Counted from the stretch's first letter, positions 12,570-25,282 are shown. The stretch: 64,000 nucleotides of DNA from Mobula hypostoma (GCF_963921235.1 NC_086097.1:34784001-34848000), one strand, 5' to 3'. Translations and numbers: made by a program. Notes: a model not told the origin generated them from the sequence alone.

Positions 12570-13735
12570 TCGGGCGGGTTTAGTACTGTATACTGCTCTA
12601 CTTTCCCCAAGCTACAAACTCCCTTCAACCGTAACCAGGCGAGAGCTCACAGGGCTGTTTGTTCACCCCCCGGCCTACGAACGACGTCAAAGCTGTTCAA
12701 CCGAACTTCAATTTTCTTCCTTTCTTCCAGCACGGCCCGCCTTCCCCCCCGACCCGACCCCACCCCGCCCCACTACACAGCCTTTCTCACGGCGTGACGC
12801 CACTGGATTGACCTCGGCACCAACCGCTCAGCGGCGACATGTCGGTTTGATTGACATCGGCGGACAGCCAGTCATCAGGCGTCCCTGCCGTTTGACGTCG
12901 GCGGAGTGTCCCGGCCCCTGCCAATCAACGGGGGACAGGGGGCGGGATGGAGCGGGTGGCCCGCCCATATCCTCCCTCCCTCCCTCCCGCCCTTCCCATC
13001 CTCTCCACACCCCCTCGCTGACTTGACCACACAACCCCATGTTGGAAATAGATACGGCCGTTCGGCGCTGACACAAAAGGAGGAAAAACACAATAGGGAG
13101 GGATAGAAAATACCACACGAGGACCTATCAGGAACGGGCGAGTGCTGGTGAATCAAGTGCGCTCAAGGAATGTGACAGTTTTTTTTTGAGAAAAAAAATA
13201 TAAATCGTCTACTAATTGTTCCCCCATCGCGGAGGGGATCTGATCTCAAACACACGCCGCAGCCGCCCGATTTTATGGACGCTTGAAGTGAGCGGCCCCG
13301 AGGCGGCTGGCGCTAACTGGACAGGAGCCTGGGGGGTTGCTGTGGCCCCGAGCTCGCCTACACGACACCCCCTCCCACCCCTCCGATCGAGAGGCGGAGA
13401 GGACGCCGGCCGGTGGTGGGTGGGGGGCCGCCCGATCGTTTGCTACCGCTCGCCCTCCGATCGCGGGCTGCTGCTGCTGCTTAACGCCACTTTTGCGAGG
13501 TGACCAGGCGCCGGGTTGACGTGATCGGAAGGGATATGTCCTCGCCTACCGTAACCACTCCAACGGAGAAAGTAGATGGATTCACCCGCAAGTCCGTTCG
13601 GAAGACCAAGCAGAAGCGCTCGCAGAGCTCCTCGCAGTACAAGATCCAGGGTAAAGCCGTCGACTTGAACCCCCTGCCTCTACTGAAAGGTAAGGCCACA
13701 AAAGTCAGCCTTCACACTCGGCTCCCCCAGTAGTG
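12570..13735 (+). promoter_or_regulatory. CpG island, promoter and 5' leader of the B56 gene
   Basis: The only long CpG-rich non-repeat stretch. It contains GC boxes (CCCCGCCC near 12763, GGGGCGGG near 12939), CCAAT at 12921, and TGACG motifs at 12685(-), 12795, 12893 and 13517. Confidence 0.85.
13536..13689 (+). CDS. PPP2R5E: First coding exon of a PP2A 56-kDa regulatory subunit (B56/PR61), most like the epsilon isoform
   Basis: Translates to [51 protein letters not shown] plus G, then donor AG|GTAAG (phase 1). It matches the B56 N-terminal [19 protein letters not shown]...PLP.LK. The family call is very secure; epsilon versus alpha is less so. Confidence 0.8.
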
Positions 13736-15257
13736 CCTGCAATATTCCACTATTGGATTCCGTCCCCATTCATGCACTTTTTGCAAAGTTGTTGGGGTTG
13801 GTTGGGGGGGGGTGGTTGTGGCAATGTGATTGGAGAAGGAGATCTGGCGTGAACTTGACCAAAGAGAAGAATAGATATCATCAGCACAGTTTATAATGAT
13901 CCTGCATGGTCAAATCCGTTAAGTAACTTTTTATTCCCCGCTGCAGAGGTTTCTTTAATGAAATGTAAGGTTCTGCAAAGTTCGATGGAGACATTCAACA
14001 TAAATACAGATTGAAGACATCCCCCTTCCGCTATACTGTTCCTGACACCCTGATATGATGTTTATAAGGTTTGTCTGCAGCTTCCTGATGTAAATCTAAG
14101 TTAGGGATTGTATTCTCCTCATATCTAAGTGGTGCAGGTACAGTAGAGATGTATTCATTGTGTGGTTGCTAGGCTAACAGTCTCTGTTGTTGAAGTAACA
14201 AGGGTCTCTTGAGGCAATTACTTGTAGCTTTTAGTGTTAAATATATTGTTTGGGGAGCTTGAGTTATGTGCACCTGTAATATTGAACTAATTTGCGTTGA
14301 TCTGGGGAGTTACAATGACTTTATAAAGCATTATGATACTATGAAACCAGGGTTTTGTAAGATTTTCAAAATACTCTGTGTTTGCCTCCTAAAATATAGA
14401 TAGCTGAAAAGTTTGTGGACAATGAAGTTTTGCAGCAGTATTGATGAATTATTGCAGTTTTTAATTCCCATGTATATGAGATCTAGGATTCTCATACCCG
14501 TAATTGTTTCAGGAAAAAAGCAAGAATGGTAACCATAGATAAAATTACATTTGAATGTTTATTGTGCAGTATGCATAATGCGACTGATAAATGTTCTTAG
14601 GGTTTCTAAGGATATAAGCTATTTCCTTATGTTATTGAACTGTCTTCTGTTTTTAAAAGAAGCAACTCCTGATTGGATGAATCCTGTTTTTCTGCAGCTA
14701 GTTCTATTGGGTGCAAATGATATTTTTAAATTCTAGGCATTGTGGTGACGTATCCTTTTAAGTATACTAGTGAATGCTAGCGATAATTCAGAGATTTGTC
14801 TATCAACTGGTGTATATTAGCAATAGCTGGTTTGTCTGTCACAGTTTTGGTAGAAATTACTGGTTTAGTTGTTGGTACAAAAAGTTAATGATGCCTCTAG
14901 AAAAGAAGGTTAATAGAATAGTTCAATTGAACATCAGATCACGAGGATAAATCAAATGATTCATGTCTGGCATCTGAACCTTGGAAATCATCAGGTTAAA
15001 ATTTGTATAGACTTGGTTGTTTATCTCTTTGACTTAAGAGTGACAATATAGCATTTTCTGTGAGGAAATTGCAAGATTATTCCAGTTGATTAAGAAATGT
15101 AATCTATGTATAAAGTAGTCATGTTTCCAGAGCTGCTTTCCGTTGTTATTAAATCCATGAACATTTCCTTGTGTGCTGGTATTCCCCCAGTTATTTTAAT
15201 AATTGTTTAAAGTTTGTTCTTCTGTTACAGTTGGTATAATAATCAGAATCAGTTTTA

Positions 15258-15543
15258 TTATTTATTTTATTTATTGATATAGTGCAGAACAGGGCCATCC
15301 GCCGCAAAGAACAGTACTGCCTAGCAACCCACTGACTTAACCCCAGCCTAAACCATAGGACAATATATAACAACCAAGTATCTACTAACCAGTGCATCTG
15401 TGAATTGTGGGAGGATGCCAGAGCACCCAGAGGAAACTTGTACGCTCACGAGCTCTCTTACGGATGACGCTGGAATTGAACTTCAAACTCTGATGTCTCG
15501 AGCTGAAATAGCATGTACTAACCACTACGCTACCGTGGTGGCC
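15258..15543 (-). mobile_element. tRNA-derived SINE (V-SINE-like)
   Basis: Minus-strand head ggccaccacggTAGCGTAGTGGttag...aGTTCAATTCC carries A and B boxes. The body has gtttcctctgggtgctctgg and there is an AATAAA-rich tail. Confidence 0.75.
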
Positions 15544-15544
15544 T

Positions 15545-16130
15545 AACATATTATCTCTGACAGATGTCATGAAATTTGTTTGGCGGCTGCTGTAAAGTAC
15601 AACACATAAAAAAAATTACTATACTTGACAATAAGAAATGTATGTAGAAAATAAATAAGTAGTGCCAAAAAATCAGGTAGTGTTCAAGGTCCATTCAGAA
15701 ATTTAACTGTGGAGTGGAAGAAGCTATTCCTAAAACATTGTATGTTTCCTCAAGCTCCTGTACCTTCTCCCTGATGGTAGTGATGAGAAGAGGGCATAAC
15801 CTGGATAGTGAGGTTCTTTAATGATGGATGCTGCCATTTTGAGTTACCACCTTTTGAAGATGTCCTCAGTGTTGAGATTGCTTGTGCCCTCGATGGAGCT
15901 GGCTGAGTTTACAACCTTCTCGCTTTTTCTGATCCTGCGCTTTTGGGCCTCCTTACCAGACAGTGATGCAATTAATTAAAATGATTTCCACAGTATATCT
16001 GTAGACATTTTCTCAAGCCTTTGGTGACAGACTAAGTCTGCTCAAACTGCTACTGAAATAAGCTGTTGGTGTGCCTTCTTCATAATTGCATCAATGTATA
16101 GGGTCCAGTATAGATCTTCAGGATGTTGAC
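15545..16130 (-). mobile_element. Rex/Babar-type LINE 3' portion
   Basis: Homologous to 40576-41200 (ctcctgtaccttctccctgatggtag...). Confidence 0.8.
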
Positions 16131-16830
16131 CATAAGACACAAGAACAGAATTAGGCCATTTGGCCCATCAAATTTGCTCTGCCATTCCATGATGGCGGAT
16201 TTATTATCCCTCTCAACGCCATTCTCCCTGTAACCTTTGAGACTACTGCCAATCAAGAGTCTATGCTACCTGGTCTGCTGAGTTCCTCCAGTATTTGTGC
16301 GTGTTGCAAGAATCTATCAATCTCCACTTTAAATACACCTAAGGACTTGCCCTCCATGGCCATCTGTGGCAATGAATTTCATGGCTTCACCACCCTCTGG
16401 CTAAAGAATCTCTGTTCTAGTGGACGTCCCTCTATTCTGAGCCTGTGCCCTTTGGTCCTAGATTCCCTCACTATAGGAAACATCCTCTCCACTTCCACTC
16501 TCTCTAGGCTTTTCAATATTCAATAGGTTTCAATGGTTCCCCCTCATTCTTCTAAATTCCAGTGAGTGCAGCCATCAAATGCTGCTCTTACATTAACCCC
16601 TTCATTCCCAGAATCATTCTTGTGATCATCTTCTGGACCTTCTCCAAGGCCAGCATGTCTTTTGTTTTAGATGAGAGGCCCACAACTACTCACGATATTC
16701 CAAGTGCAGCCTGTTCAGTGCCTTATAAAGCATCAGCATTACATTCTTGTTTTCATATTTTAATCCTATCGAAATGAATGCTAGCATTGCACTTGCATTC
16801 CTTATCACTGACTAAACTTGCAAGTTAACC
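16131..16830 (-). mobile_element. CR1 LINE 3' portion containing a small PLE fragment (16263-16307)
   Basis: cataagacacaagaacagaattaggcc tail. Homologous to 9381-9893. Confidence 0.85.
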
Positions 16831-17959
16831 ATGAACTTAAAGATAAAGCCAAACCATTGGGCACACCTATTTGGTATGTAGTCAGAGATTACACAGTGAA
16901 GAATTTAAGTCTGCTGATTTTGCTTTGTACAGTATTTATTTTGCTCTCCTTTCCAACTTGTCCAGCTCAGGATCTTCAAAACATAATGATTTCAGGAGTA
17001 AAACAAGTTAAGCTCGTTCCAGATTGGCAATCAGACCTGGGTCATGTCAATTCCGTACATTTTAGGAGCACAGTGGATTTAAGAGCACTTGGAATATAGT
17101 TTTTCACTAGTAGGTCACTTGCTTGTTCAATTTTGCAGCTGAGTGTAGTGTGGTCTAACTTAGGAATCTGTGAATGCTATCAATATAGCAAAGTCTTATT
17201 CCATTAGGGTTAGTAAGAAAATATTGTTATTGACTTAATTTCAGATCTTTCTCAAAAATACTTTGCTGTTTTGTGCTGATTTTAAGTCCAACTGGCTACT
17301 GGCACCATAAGTTAATGAGGCCCTCTCTGAAAAGGAAAGCATACATCAATTGAATGATTCAATAGAATGCCAGATCATGAATGTATTTTGATTGATTCTG
17401 GTCCAAACCCTGAATCCTGAAGTGTTGTTCGTTTATAATTTGAATCAACAGACTGAGTTGCTTTTCTCTTGAGAAAAAAGAGCAGAAGTTTTGCCCAGTA
17501 GGGGCTTTTAAAATTATTAGAAGATTTTAATAGTGCATGCAGAGGGAATGTTTCCACTTGTGAACATAAATAGAGCTGATCAATAGAAAATAGCCACAAA
17601 GATGTTCTTTACTTGAGAGTGGTGAAAATGTGGAATTTGCTTCAAGGAGTGGCTGAAGTGAATAAAATAGATACATTTAAGTAGGGGCCAGCTGAGAGTA
17701 TAGAAAGTATAACAATAAAATTTTAAATTAGGAAGGTAAAGAGTAAGAAAAATTATAGAAAAAAAACTTATAAAGTCAGAGATAATACGTTGAGTAGAGG
17801 GTAACCAAGGAAAAGAATGGACTATTAGGGATGAAAAAAGTCATTTGTATGGTGGGGAAGGATATGGTTGAGGGGCTTACTGAATATTTTATGTGCATAT
17901 TTACCAAAGGTAGTGTATTTAATTGTTGCTGTTTGCAATTAAAGACCAAGCGCGTGAAA

Positions 17960-19790
17960 TAATGAGTTAGGATAAATGGAGAAAAGCAGTGAATTTAAGA
18001 TCTTTGAAAATGCATAGTCATCTCTGGATGAAATATATCCCAGACTTTAAAAAATGGAAAGGCGGGTATTACAGAGGGTCTGATGACAGTTTTTCAAGTT
18101 TCTGGCTATAAGGATGGTGCCAGAGGATTGTAGGACTGCTAACTTTGTACACAAAGGAAGGAAGAAGGAATAAACCAAGAAACCAATATACCGGGTAAAT
18201 GAGTCATCTTTGGGGTACTGCAAGTCTGTGTCTTTGCTGTTGCTTTGCTGCGTGCTTGAATGCTCGGTGGTGGGTGCCGATGCTTTTAGTTGCTGGTGTC
18301 GGGAGGGGGTATCATTGCTTGCTGCTGCTTACGCGTGGGAGGGAGGGGAGCTGGGGGGGGGATTTTGGGGTTCTAACATTTAACTGTTGTTCATTCTTTG
18401 GGAGCACTCCTGTTTTTGTGGATGGTTGCGAAGAAAAAGCATTTCCGGATGTATATTGTATACATTTCTCTGACATTAAATGTACCTTTGAAACCTCTGT
18501 GTTGGGCATGTGGCCAAGTGGTTAAGGCGTTTGTCTAATGATCTGAAGGTTGCTAGCTCAAGCCTCAGCTGTGGCAGCGTGTTTGTGTCCTTGAGCAAGG
18601 CACTTAACCACACATTGCTCTAGTGTCTGTGCAAGGAGTGGCGCCCCACACAGACTTCCAATCTGCGCCTTGTAAGGCATGAAAATGCCCAACACAGGCC
18701 TCTCATGTCTGAGTCGATGTTCCCTCCCTCCCTCCCTCCCCTTTGAAACCTTTGAAATTAGAGTATTTTAAATTTGGTAGGCAACTTATTGGAGTCCCAT
18801 ACTTGGGATTCATACAAGCCTTCATTTAGAAAGCATGGATTTGTTAAGGGAAGGCTGTGTTTAACGCATGGTTGGATTTTTTTTGAGTTAACAAGATTGT
18901 TCTGTAGGATAGTGCATTTGATGTATGTATTCTGCTTGTGTCTGTCTATGACCCACTTAGCAGACTGGTCAAAAGTACAAAAGCCTGTGGGATCCAAGTG
19001 AGAGTGGCAAATTAGATGGAATATTGCCTAGAAACAAAGACAATACAGTGGGTTCCGCTTATTTGGGACAACTCTTGGATTTGGAGCATGCAATCATCAA
19101 TAGCATTGTATGAAAGCAGACCATTATCTGGAAGTAGAAAAAATATGGGAAGTGTAGTAGTGAAACTTAGAAGAGAGATTAGGGAAGCAGAGGGAAATAA
19201 TGTATTTGGAGGGTTGCAGTAAGACATGGGGAATGTACAGTGCAAGGTGAGGGAAAACCAGGATCTTGGAATGTATGTACACTGATCCTTAAATACCACA
19301 TGACAGGTCAGTAGGGAAGTTTCAAAACAGCATAACTTTGTCAAGTCATTAAAAATTTAGAAAGTAACAGGGAAATTTAGCTTGAACAATAAACAGCATT
19401 GGTCATTTCATAGCTTGAGTACTCTGTACAGTTCTGGTCACTAAATTACTGGAAAAATATTGCACTGGAGGAGTGTGGATGGTATTTTTGAGGATAGTGC
19501 AAGACTGGAAGATTGTAGCCATGAAGAAAGATTGGATATGGTACTGGAGATTTAGATAAGGGATTGAAAAGGAAGAATTAAGGGCTGTTTCTCTCAGTTG
19601 CATGGTCAGAGACCAAGGTACATAGATTTAGAATAATTGGCAGAAGGTTAGAGAGTGGAAGAGACCAAAAAAAAATCACTTGAAGGGTAGTAGAGGCAGT
19701 AATGCTTATCACTTTTAAATAACAGCTGTTGTGACCTGCAGGGGCATGGAGCCGGTAGTGAAGATGTGATTAGGCGGGGCAGGCTTTTTT
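17960..19790 (+). mobile_element. Old CR1 LINE with nested younger insertions
   Basis: Remnants of HGFVKGRLCLT (ORF 18774-19001). It is interrupted by a LINE 3' UTR (about 18195-18496) and a SINE. Confidence 0.65.
18497..18740 (+). mobile_element. tRNA-derived CORE-like SINE
   Basis: A box TGGCCAAGTGG, decayed B box GCTCAAGCC, core gtgtccttgagcaaggcacttaacc and a (ccct)n tail. It is flanked by the direct repeat cctttgaaacct. Confidence 0.75.
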
Positions 19791-21002
19791 TTTTGCAAGT
19801 TTTCTGTTATTTCTGATGAGAGAGAGTAGAATAGAGGGAAATATTAATAGACAAACAAGGACATTCTGCAGAGGAACATAATGCCGTGGATGCTAAACAG
19901 CACTTGTGTAAATGTTATAGATTCTGTAATAGTAATTTTTTTTATCCAGTTAGGTGCTGCTTCAGGAATCCTTTTGAAAGACTTATTATGTTCATATTGA
20001 ATCGTGCTGCTCCAATTACGATCATGTGGTCAGTGTGGTAATGCACTATACTTTGTAGAATATACTTGGCATTTCTCAATTTGGCACAATTTAGAGAACT
20101 TTAACACAGCTTTCCATCATTTTTCATGTTTTTATATCTCATAATTGTTTGTGTCCCTATACTATACAATATGAATAAATTCTGTTCTTGTTTCCATTCA
20201 TAACATTTTCCAGGCAGAGAATGTTTATATTGGTGAAAAATTCGAAGGGAAATATGCGGTATAGTTGACCAAAACTGTGATTCACCAGGGATGGTAACCA
20301 TGGTGAATCAAAACGTTAAGTTGTAGAAAGGAATGAATAATGATGTGATGTCAAGCTTAAAAGTTGGAGAGCATCAGGCTCTTGCTGTTTGCTTTATTCC
20401 ATGGTCCAGGTGAGGTTAGTATGGGCCAGAGGAGAATATGGAACCTGCTGGCTTTCATGCCTAAGGTGTATGTTAGGTAAATGTTAAACAACCCACCCAA
20501 ACAGTGAGAAAGATATGATTTTCAAAATTATTTTAACATCTTCCTGTGACATATTTGCTCGTTGCTTCCCCTTATTTAGCAATTCATTGCAGTTGAGCCA
20601 TGATGGTAAAACTAATTTTTGTACCTACTTATTTGACCAACTAACGTTGGTCAAATAAGCCCTAGTAGTTGAGCCATTTAACCTTCATAATGTACCCCCG
20701 ATACCTTTTAATTTGATTGATAAAGGATAAACCTGTGCCTTGATCTGGATTGAGAAAGAACCTTTCTATTTATTGCTGTCTGTAGCTATTGCATTTCTGG
20801 AGGAAGTGTGATAGTCTTCTGTCTGTTGCTTTTCAAACACCAGCTTTATTTGAAGTCTTCCATTTTCTGAAGAGAATGGTACTCAGAATTGAGGAGTAAT
20901 ACTGCAAGGATAGAATCCATTCTGTTGCCTTTTATTTTTTGTTCAGACAGATAAGGGATGATGGACTAGATAAAAAGACGTTTTTTTTATTTGATTTTTT
21001 TT

Positions 21003-21420
21003 TACTTTACTGTCCATTACGCCACTGGCATTTAGGGCATCAAAGAAGGTCCTTCATCTCTGGCGGTGTTCAGGGCTCCCTTCTTCATGTCAGTAGCTTC
21101 CTCTCGGTTTTCACTACTGTCAGTCACCTAAGTCCTGGGGTGGAGACTCAGGAATACCATCACATTCAGATATAGAAGGATTCTTCATTGCTGTTTCCAT
21201 TTTGTTTTTCCAGTTAGGGTTGTTACCCCTGAGCAGAACCCTTGAACCTGGAGGACCCGTGGACCACTCTAAGTCTGGCCTCTACCCTTGACTTGTTTGG
21301 CATGGGTGACCCCACTATGAGCTGAAGCATAAAATCCTGACTCCAGCCAGCATACCTCTCCAAGTCATTGAGGCATGCAAGCCTCCAAACCCAGCAACAA
21401 GGCTGTGGTCCTCTTGGAGG
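21003..21420 (-). mobile_element. RTE-like non-autonomous retroelement
   Basis: Recognised from gggttgttacccctgagcagaaccc...ctggaggacc...tggcatgggtgaccc-type sequence. The family name is from memory only. Confidence 0.5.
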
Positions 21421-22205
21421 TTTTTATTTGTTAGGGATTTAAAAATAGGAGCTGTAATCCAAAAGCTGCATTCAATCACAAAAGGATATATTTGAAACTT
21501 TTTTTCTACAACATAGTCGGAATCTTGCCCTTTAAAGTTGTGACTGTTGCATAAAGTGGGATCTTTTAAAAACTCAGGTAGATATTTGGATGAAAACATT
21601 AAATGATCAAGAGCAAAGGCAGGTGTGTTAGGTGCATGCTAACCAAGATCCAACTGAAAGTTGAATTAATTACACTGGTCTACCTCTGTTCTTTAGCTGG
21701 AAGATCTACTGACAACTCCTCCTCTATTAATGCTATTATATTTGGCATGAGATGTATTCTTTGTTTTCATCTGGACTTCAGATCGTGAAAAGTGATTAAA
21801 TTGCGTAAACATTAACTTCTGGCATATCACTTTGATATTCGATGAAGCTTACTTACTGGATTAGAATAATTTTTTTTTGAGATTTAATTTTGATACTGAA
21901 ATCCATCCTCTTTAGCAGGTGAGGAAGCAGTTGTACTTCTGCTCCCTGCCAAAATATCGAAATGTAAATGTTTTGCATGTTGGAGATGAGGGTTATTAAT
22001 TGACCAACTTGGTCATTATGTTTTCCTGGTGCTGAACTAGCAGATGTTTGGATTATTCAAAATTATTCATATTAATGCTCTGGTGAACTTTCAATTCTCT
22101 CTTTTTTTTAAAGATAATACATAATAGAGAAATATTTATTGGAACTAGGTAAGTTTTGAGGAAGGATGGTAAACAGAGCTTCAAGGGGAGGCAGTGAACA
22201 GACCA

Positions 22206-22820
22206 GCAACACACACAAAATGCTGGAGGAACTCAGCAGGCCAGGCAGGATCTAGGAAGCAAGTTCAGTTGAAGTTTCGAGCCGAAACCCTTTGGCGGGA
22301 CTGGAGGAAAAAGCTGAGGAATAGATTTAAAAGGTGGGGGAGGGAGAGAGAAACACAAGGTGATGGGTGAAACCGGATGGGGAAGGATGAAGTAAAGAGC
22401 TGGGATGCTGATTGAAGAGGCAGAAGGCCATGTAAGGAAGAAAGAGAAGGTGGGGAGGAACACCAGAGGGAGGTGATGGGCGGGCAAGGAGATAAGGTGA
22501 GAGAGGGAGAAGGGGATGGGAAATGCTGAAGAGTTGGGGGGGGGTTGTTCACAACCCCTTATATTCCGTATGGGTAGCCTTCAACCTGATGGCATGAACA
22601 TCGACTTCTCGAACTTCTGGTAATGCCCCCTTGTGTTTCTCTCTCCCCTCCAAAACCTTTTAAATCTACTCTTCAGCTTTTATTCTCTAGTCCTGCTGAA
22701 GGGGTTTGGCTCGAAATGTTGACTGTACTCTTCTCCTAGATGCTACCTGGCTTGTTGAGTTCCTCCAGCATTTTGCGTGTGTTGCTTGGATTTCCAGCAT
22801 CTGTATATTTTCTCTTGTAG
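22206..22820. mobile_element. Penelope-like element insertion with an inverted terminal repeat
   Basis: A minus-strand repeat (22206-22548) is joined to a plus-strand piece encoding QPLIFRMGSLQPDGMNIDFSNFW* (22552-22623, PLE ORF C-terminus) and a plus-strand repeat. Confidence 0.85.
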
Positions 22821-25282
22821 CGAACGGACCAGGTAAGCTTCAAAGAGGTGTGGCAAATAGACAAGGTGAGTGAGCAGAGAGTGTGGTAACTGATGCCACA
22901 GTGAATGGGAAACGTTAATTGGTGAGCCGGATACTTAAACTGTTAGTATTTCCAAATAGCCAGATAGTGACTTATCAGCATTTTATTGCATTCTGAGACC
23001 AAGTTGTATCTGTAAGAATTGTGTTTGAGTCCGGTATGGTAAGTAATAGCAGTGTTGCTTCATTAATTCACAATTATGTTTTTTTACCACAAGCTTGACA
23101 GTTTGTGTGGTCATACTGTTTTGTGGTAATCTATTAAACTTCAAATTGAAAACATGCAGTGGTAGGATTTGAACAGTTTTTTGTTATGATCAGTGCACAG
23201 CCGTCACTGTAGCTACACATATTGTAGTTGACGTTGAAGTGAGTACACACAGCTAACAATATAAAGATGAATGAGGGGCTCCAGCCCTTGTCAACTTCAT
23301 TCTTCCATGGAATTGATATCTGTTGTTTTAGCTTTAGTCCATGCAATAGTAAATAATAAGAGTTATTATCTTGCATATTGTATGTGTAGCAGTATGCATT
23401 TCTTGTAGTAGCGAAATACATATAAATCAAAAACATAAGTTGACAGAAATGAACAAATTAGCACTGCTGTCAGCTGCTGACATTTTTCTTGATGAAGCAA
23501 GATGCTTTATTTTAATTGTGTGTTGAGTTGCACATGGTTTAACATCCTTTTTTTAAAAAAATGGAAATGAAGGCTTCCAGCTTTAAATGAAGCAGTGTTT
23601 ACTGTACGAGCCTGGATACAGTCTAATCAATGCCCTATATCCCATTGCTGAAACTGCCTAACTCCAGGGCCCTTGAGCAATTCATTGCTATTAGATTGCC
23701 AACAGAGATCAAGAATTTCTGTCTAGTGTGGAGCAATGGAGAGGGCAGCAGTTTGTACCAGCTTCCTGGTACTGCAACAGTTTCAGTAATACATCACTCT
23801 AAAAAATAAAGTATTGATATCTCTTAACATTGATTCCCTTAGAGCTCTAATACTTGGACACACATCCTGAGCACAAATCAAGGTACCAGCAAACACCAAT
23901 ATTTTAAAAATGTTCTTTAGACCATTAATTATAGATTTTCATCTAACCATCTCCCTGCCTTGCGACATTTAGACTGTGAATGGCTGATGGGTTGTGTAAG
24001 GAGTTAGTATTTATGTGTGTTGTACTCTTGTGGGGTTAGAAATTGAATGGAAATAAATCGACTGTGGGACATTAACACAAACATTGTTTTAGCGTAGACT
24101 TGTTAAAATAAGCATCTTTTTGATATAAGCTTTATGCAAAATATATACACTAATACTCACCCATGAGGGTAGGGGTTATGAAACTTGTAATATTTAGCTG
24201 ATTAGAAGCTAGTCAGTTGATAACATAATTTCCTAATTGAGAGTATAGATTTCCCCTGAGTTGAAAGTAAAACGCATCTTGATTTGCTCTGGGGAAAGAT
24301 GTTTTAGTAACATATTTGTTGTATATAATTTCAGGTAGTTAATGTCATAAGAAAAGTGCATTTTTGAGTACTTCATTTGAATTAAGCCCAGTGAACTTGA
24401 GAGATTTTTTTCAAGTGTATGATTCATCTGAGATCCCTCAGAATGAAGCAAGTTGAAATCATAATTATAACTATTCCAGTGAAATTTTGTGTTATCTGCA
24501 TGAAAGTTGCAATGACTTACAAGATTTTGTTGAAAGTGTGTAGATGGGTTGTGTGGTTGGTTACAAACATTCTTGCTGCATATAAACAATTGCCTTCAAT
24601 TGGGAAAAAAAAACATGGTCTCGAGGACATGTGGTTTTGTTTGAGCAAATGTTCTGTTTTCATTGTGGGTTACTTAAAAAAAAATTAGATTGTCATTTTG
24701 GTTTGATGGGTTAGGACTAAATCACAATGTTAAGAAAATGGGCTTGATGGATTTGAATGAGTGCAAATTTAGATGTGTTGGGTTGATTAGAAATTGAAAC
24801 CTAGTTTATCAGTGGTCTTTGTAATTATGTGCTGAATTATTGAAAACATGCCAGGGACAGGGTTTAGACCCCCTTCACACAAAGACTTTGTAATTAGATG
24901 ATAAAGGTAAAAAAATAGAGCAGAATTTTTTATTGTAAAATACCATGTAAGATACCAGACGCTTATTGGGGTTAGGTGTCACAGTTACTGGCTGCCTTTA
25001 AAAGTATGTGATTGGATGCTTTCAAGCAAAAGGGCTGTGGCACCATAAAGATGAGCCCAGTTTTGTAGTTTCCCATGATTCAAGTGCACTTTATATGGGG
25101 TTTAGCAGAATTTAATTGGGCAAAGATGATTTTTTAAAAAAGTTTTGTTTCAACCTTCCACTATGGATCAAGCTTACTTTGATTGGAAAACCAAAGGTAT
25201 AATACGTTTTCATGATCTATTTCTGGATAATTGTTTCATGTCTTTTGATCAACTTTCTAATAAATATAACTTACCCAGATCT

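Noticed and set aside
12186..13519. Several overlapping 60-180 aa ORFs across the CpG island
   Set aside because: They are low-complexity P/R/G-rich translations expected from GC-rich DNA, with no recognisable domain.
13500..13733. The 77-aa ORF as a complete gene
   Set aside because: It starts at a GTG and reads through the splice donor. B56 homology covers only 13536-13689.
19044..19070. Isolated Tigger-like TIR (tacagtgggttccgcttatttgggaca)
   Set aside because: Only about 25 bp with no partner end, too short to call an element.
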